Made by a program: the position numbers and the translations under genes | In this document: positions 59,231 through 64,000 of the stretch, one piece after another | Position numbering within the stretch: the first letter of the stretch is position 1 | How the letters are laid out: every line of letters begins with the position of its first letter | Notes under the pieces: model-generated | Told to the model about the DNA's origin: nothing | What the model saw: only the letters and a program-made list of their open reading frames with translations | Databases searched by the model: none | Assembly: GCA_051362555.1 (NCBI GenBank) | Contig: CM120647.1 | Location: 11,818,651 to 11,882,650 of the forward strand | DNA length: 64,000 bases | DNA from: Lingula anatina | Taxonomy: Eukaryota > Animalia > Brachiopoda | Direction: 5' to 3'

Positions 59231-59236
59231 TTTATT
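59231..59236 (-). terminator. Candidate polyadenylation signal of MRTO4
   Basis: AATAAA 20 nt after the TGA; a second one near 59152-59157. Confidence 0.45.
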
Positions 59237-59256
59237 TATAGTAACGACCCAACGTT

Positions 59257-59357
59257 TCACTGATCGTCCTCCTCATCTTCATCATCTGTCATTTCTTCAT
59301 TTTCAGGTACCACCTCCACCATCAGACCATCATCATCCTCATCTGTTGTCTGTTTGG
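59257..59357 (-). CDS. MRTO4: MRTO4 terminal exon 8 (acidic tail)
   Basis: ttccag|(P)[34 protein letters not shown]; AATAAA at 59236-59231. Confidence 0.85.
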
Positions 59358-62300
59358 CTGGAAATTAAGTAAAAACAAAGTAAAGGTTGGCTTCACAGCC
59401 TGGTATGCTCTGTGAGATATCAGTCAGTTTTACAATGTAAGCAGGAAAGCATACTTGTATAAATTGCTGCGATTTTAGACAATAAATCGTAGATTTAACT
59501 CACAACACAACTCAACCTTGGCTCAGTATTGACATTGAAAATCCAGAAATGCAAGTAAATTTCCATATAAATGAAAAGCAATGCTCCTATTTCTGTCGAA
59601 GTGAGCTGAATTTTTTTCCCTATATAAATCACCCTTACGTTTTAACCTTATCTTGGGTGGTACAATATGGTATTGTGTGTCTGAAAATTCCTCAAAAGTT
59701 CCATTATTTGACCACATGGCTTCCACTGAGATATAGAAATCAGCCATCAGGTGCCCAAATAACTTCTGAAATCAAAGTAAATAAAATTGGGAATTAATAA
59801 ATTCCCTCTTATTGATAAATACTGATGTGTTACTGTGCACTATCTTACAGGAAAACTTATCAAAAAGTTGAAATACGTTTATCATACAGGTAAACTGAAA
59901 AAAGGGCTTTTCATTCTTTTTCACAACTGAAATGTCACAAGTGAGTAAAGGTTTATGTTTACGAAAAGAAAAATTGGAACTTACTAATATTCTGCATTGT
60001 TCTGGCGTTAAAATGTCTCCCTGTTCGCAGACGGTATGGTCTGATGTGAGTGTGATTACGCCTAGGAGAAACATGATATACAAATACCACATACAGTCTT
60101 TATTTCATACTTATACATAAGATGGAACTGATGAAAAAAAAAAAAAAAAAAACTCTGAACATTTATCATGGGACCCAACACCTAACAGACTGGAAATCTC
60201 AGGAACCATCAGAACTGAATTTAAAAACATGAAATTTCGCTTTTCTGTGGAAAAAAGCTCGCGTCTGATGTATTATTAAGTGAGAAATTCAGCACTATTT
60301 CTTTTTCAAAGGAGTTTTGAAGAAACTTTGCTAGTGAGATTATGATTGTGTATTAAATAGTGCTAATAAATGAGACCCAATGTGACGCTGCTCTGTCTAA
60401 TCCAGGTTGGCCGTAAGCTAACAGTATGAAAGTATTTCAGCTTGTGTAATATAATAAGCGTATATACTTATATAGTCAGTGGTAATTTCAGGGGGTGGAA
60501 TCACAATAATAATAATAATTATTATTATAATAATAAAGATATTGAAAATAATAATGAACTTAAAGCCAAAACTTGGTGTTCAGTTTTAGACCATAATTTT
60601 GGTCAACTTCAGGGGTCAGATTCTCAAATTTTGTATCATCTTTTTTTTTCCACATGTAAAGGTAAAACTCACAGTGGACAAAAATGCAAAAAGTTGCAAA
60701 ATGAATGCTCAATGATCAGCCAGTTGTCAATACATAAAGCATTATTATTTTTTAACTATCAAATGAGGCCTTACTAAGGGATGCAGAAAGGACACTGTCC
60801 AGAGTAAAGGGGGCTTAATGAACTTTTTTCCTCAATTACCTTTGACTAGTTTTGTGGCCAGACCCAGCTGTCTTAGCTGTGGTTCCATGGAGTGGGAGAA
60901 CTTGCTGAGGGGGCCCTGGTCGATTACTACCGTCTGAGTTGCTACGTTGCCCGATCGCGCATAGTCCTTATCTCTGAACTCCTTGAACCACCTGTGTCAA
61001 AGAAAGAGAAGCACTTGTTTTCATTTATATAACATATTAAGCAAGCATAGATTACCTGTAATGTATAATTATATAATCCATTTCTAACAGTTTCTTTTAA
61101 AACTCAAATTTAATCCAGCTGCCCAAGGATAAATCAATTAATCACCTGACCTTTTCATCTATCCCTCTAGTTAATAAAAGTCTGTCAAATTAATATAAAT
61201 GCATGATACATTACTGCACAATAGCACACTGTGCAAACAAATATAATGAAATATAACACATGCAAATATACTTGAATACATGTTACTCACTCTAAAACTT
61301 CTTTTTTACTCTGATTTGTAAACAACAATCCCATCTGGCCACGAAGTCGTTTTGATAAAAGGTGAAGGTCATCTCGATATTCGTCTTCTGCTGTTCGTCC
61401 CAGAGCCAGGGCCATGACTTTGTTCTTACCAAAGAAAAATCTAAAACGGAGAAGCAAAAAACTTAATTTTTACAGATTACCAGAATTGTGAGCTATGTTC
61501 TTCAAAATATATAAAATAAAATATATATAAAAAGAAAATGTTAAGAATTACCTTAAAAGTAAATACTTTGTAACATTGACTGCATCTAATAATTATTCTA
61601 CATTACTGACAGACTAGAAATGCTAAGAGATAAGTAAAAGTTAAAGTGAATAAATCATAAAATACAGTAATGACTCCAGCTTTTCAATGAAGAATAAAGA
61701 TCTATAGACTGACCCTGTTGTTGTTGTTGTCTATATTTAAGGGACCATTCCCAGACCCTATTATACTAACTGTGGATCAATCTATCTCCAAGGGGATTCT
61801 TGCTAAATTGCAATCAACTTAAGCAGTTCTGATGTCTGTCTTGCCTACTGAAGCTACTAGGGGGTAATTAATTATCGTTTAGCTGCTTCAGAAGGCATTC
61901 CAGTCATCTAAGACGCTTAAGCTGAAAGCAATTTACTGAGAAACCCTTTGGAGATGGATCGATCCTGTTAGATCGATCTAGGTATGGGAACCTATATCGA
62001 GTCTTATGGAGCAGTACATGGATTTAAAAAAATTATATACAAGCAGTCATTTGTCTTGTGTCCACCACTACTTACCGACTATGTTTCCACTCTGTTCTGA
62101 CATCTTTCAGCTTGGAATTCCTCATATTTTGAACAGAAAAAAGAAAAATTCTGGCATATTTGTCTACACAGTTCTGAATCTAGAAGGTAAAATATGATGA
62201 AAATTAGTCATATACCTTGTGTTTTCATTGGAACAGGAACATATATTGAAAGGAATTGTAGACAAAATTATACTTCATCCTCAGTTAAGAAACAGTGACA

Positions 62301-63212
62301 CAAATACTCAGCAAGTGTAACACAATTTCATGGGATAAAATGATACCTCCTAAAATAGAGGAACAAATTAATGATTAAGCAAACAAATAGATGAAAAGCT
62401 GGATACATTACCTCTTGCACAAGCCCCTGTTTGAGCTCCAAACCTTTCTTTTTGGTCTGTGTTAAGGAAACTAAAAGAAATGAATAAAAAATAAATACAC
62501 ATGCATATATATATCAGTACTAAAGATCCACTTGGGTACCGTCTCATAATCATAACATTGTTACACTGTGCACCTTTATCAAACAAGGGAACTTGGTGGA
62601 TTAATCTAGTCTGTACCAAATATTTTTTTAGACCACTAGACCTTCGGGCAAGCAGGCTATAAACGATACTGGTAGGTGGCTTAATCTATATGCATGTACA
62701 ACTTACAAGTACAGTACTAGTAAAGTATCTAGGCTAATATTTTACTGCAAAAACTGATTAAAAACTTGGCGGAACTCTCTTCTAGCAACAAATGCCTTTA
62801 AAGAAACTTGATTTGGGGGCAATTCTATTTGATATACCTCCCCCCCCCCCCACCATTACTTCCCATCCCGTTAATTATCTACTTGTTTAACATGCCCATT
62901 CAGTCTATATACAGTTAGCGAATTCACCACGCCCATGCAAATAATATGTATTTTTTTCGTCAATTCTGAACCTAACTTCAGCTTCAAAGTATTCACAAAA
63001 ACCGTCGGGACAAATTATGATATACTGTCATTAGAGTTGACTTGATACTTCACTTGTTTGCAGACTATCACAAGAACCTAATGTTTATAAAGCGTATCAT
63101 TGATACATAATGAAGATCAAACCGTGCTAACACTCCACACAATATATCATTTCAACCTGGCCAGTTGAAAGTCAGTATACCTACTCTTTTTGTCTCTTTT
63201 CGACTTCGGCAT
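59257..63212 (-). CDS. MRTO4: mRNA turnover protein 4 homolog / ribosome assembly factor Mrt4 (8 exons, 265 aa)
   Basis: Exons 63212-63185, 62470-62412, 62179-62076, 61440-61291, 60991-60840, 60061-59985, 59765-59639, 59357-59257 give [24 protein letters not shown]...[29 protein letters not shown]...GLLFTN...DYARSGN...[12 protein letters not shown]...[24 protein letters not shown]... plus an acidic tail; diagnostic Mrt4 sequence. Confidence 0.96.
59639..59765 (-). CDS. MRTO4: MRTO4 exon 7
   Basis: tttcag|[27 protein letters not shown]...PPKIRLK|gtaagg (alternative same-phase donor 6 nt further). Confidence 0.88.
59985..60061 (-). CDS. MRTO4: MRTO4 exon 6
   Basis: cctag|(G)[25 protein letters not shown]|gtaagt. 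Confidence 0.95.
60840..60991 (-). CDS. MRTO4: MRTO4 exon 5
   Basis: cacag|[15 protein letters not shown]...[18 protein letters not shown]|gtaatt. Confidence 0.95.
61291..61440 (-). CDS. MRTO4: MRTO4 exon 4
   Basis: ttttag|[15 protein letters not shown]...[13 protein letters not shown]|gtgagt. Confidence 0.95.
61741..61992. mobile_element. MITE family A copy in MRTO4 intron 3
   Basis: TAA|GGGACCATTCCCAGACCC...GATCGATCTAGGTATGGGAACC; internal inverted arms. Confidence 0.85.
62076..62179 (-). CDS. MRTO4: MRTO4 exon 3
   Basis: ttctag|[34 protein letters not shown]|gtaagt. Confidence 0.95.
62412..62470 (-). CDS. MRTO4: MRTO4 exon 2
   Basis: ttttag|(I)[19 protein letters not shown]|gtaatg. Confidence 0.93.
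63185..63212 (-). CDS. MRTO4: MRTO4 exon 1
   Basis: aagATG CCG AAG TCG AAA AGA GAC AAA AAG A|gtaggt. Confidence 0.92.
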
Positions 63213-63239
63213 CTTGAAGCTTTCCACACGTGTTTATAT

Positions 63240-63332
63240 TTTCCGGAAGTTAGCGTATGTTTTACGCAGGCGCAATGGCACGGGTCGAAAAATAAGGCTT
63301 CCCTGTGGTCCACCTGGAACGCGCACGCGTTC
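63240..63332 (-). promoter_or_regulatory. MRTO4 housekeeping-type promoter region
   Basis: CpG-rich patch immediately upstream of the ATG with an ETS/GABP-like CCGGAAGT (63243-63250) and an NRF1-like GCGCACGCG. Confidence 0.45.
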
Positions 63333-63771
63333 GGTCTTGAAATGTTAAGATATCGTTATGAATGAGAACGCCAAGGGATCATTAATAATAATAATAATAA
63401 TATTAATAAAAGGCCTACATTGAATTTTATTTTTCACCATAGGACTATTGTCAGGGACCACAGAATTAAAAAATAAAATAAAAGAAAGAAAAAAAATAAT
63501 AATAAATAATAATAATAATAATAATAATAAATTATTTCCCAAATCTGTGGCCCCTTACACATAATGTACGTGCCATGCTCTGACGTTGGTTTGCTGTATT
63601 TTATCTCGGCTGTCACCTTGATCGGTTAATTAACGAAAAAAAAAAAACGAATGGACTTTAAAACATCACTCTCGACTAGGCCTACCACAGCGCAAAGAAA
63701 GAAAGAAAGAAAGAAAGAAAGGAAAAATTAGCATCGGGTGAATTTTTTGAAGGCATTATACGGTGCTTAAC

Positions 63772-63805
<34 letters not shown>

Positions 63806-64000
63806 GGTTCTGCCCCCTCCCCTAAAAAAGATCAGATCACCCTCAAACCAAGTCGACGTAGGCTACATGTTACTTCTATTTAGCCATTACTACATCATCC
63901 GAGCCCTACAGTAGGGCCCTATATCTGAATTTCTTTTTTCGTACTCGGAAGACGGGAGTAGACCCCTATTTAGTTCAGAATAAGTTTACTTGAAAATGCT

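Noticed and set aside
62277-62336. Possible C/D snoRNA in MRTO4 intron 2 (terminal ATCC/GGAT stem, two CTGA boxes)
   Set aside because: The C-box position reads ATGAAAT rather than RTGATGA, and no rRNA-complementary guide was recognised.

Overview
AT-rich eukaryotic (invertebrate bilaterian-like) genomic DNA with four intact, intron-containing genes that can be spliced by hand with GT..AG boundaries and consistent phases: (1) a 20-exon transmembrane adenylate cyclase of the ADCY8 type (+, 16495-39917, 1357 aa); (2) a 3-coding-exon myosin regulatory light chain (-, 43951-41541, 171 aa), convergent with it; (3) a 9-exon transcobalamin/intrinsic-factor-family cobalamin-binding protein (-, 53034-49299, ~449 aa) whose N-terminus looks like a type II membrane anchor rather than a cleaved signal peptide; (4) MRTO4 (-, 63212-59257, 8 exons, 265 aa). 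No coding gene was found in the first 16 kb. Introns and intergenic DNA hold many non-autonomous DNA transposons: an internally deleted Tc1 (DD34E), two PIF/Harbinger-like MITE families, CAG-terminated elements with 5-bp TSDs, an Academ-like element and Helentron/DINE-like elements. There is also a CCA-tailed tRNA-Leu retrocopy split by a MITE. No CRISPR, rRNA or intact tRNA was seen. All alignments and family assignments were made by eye, without database searches.
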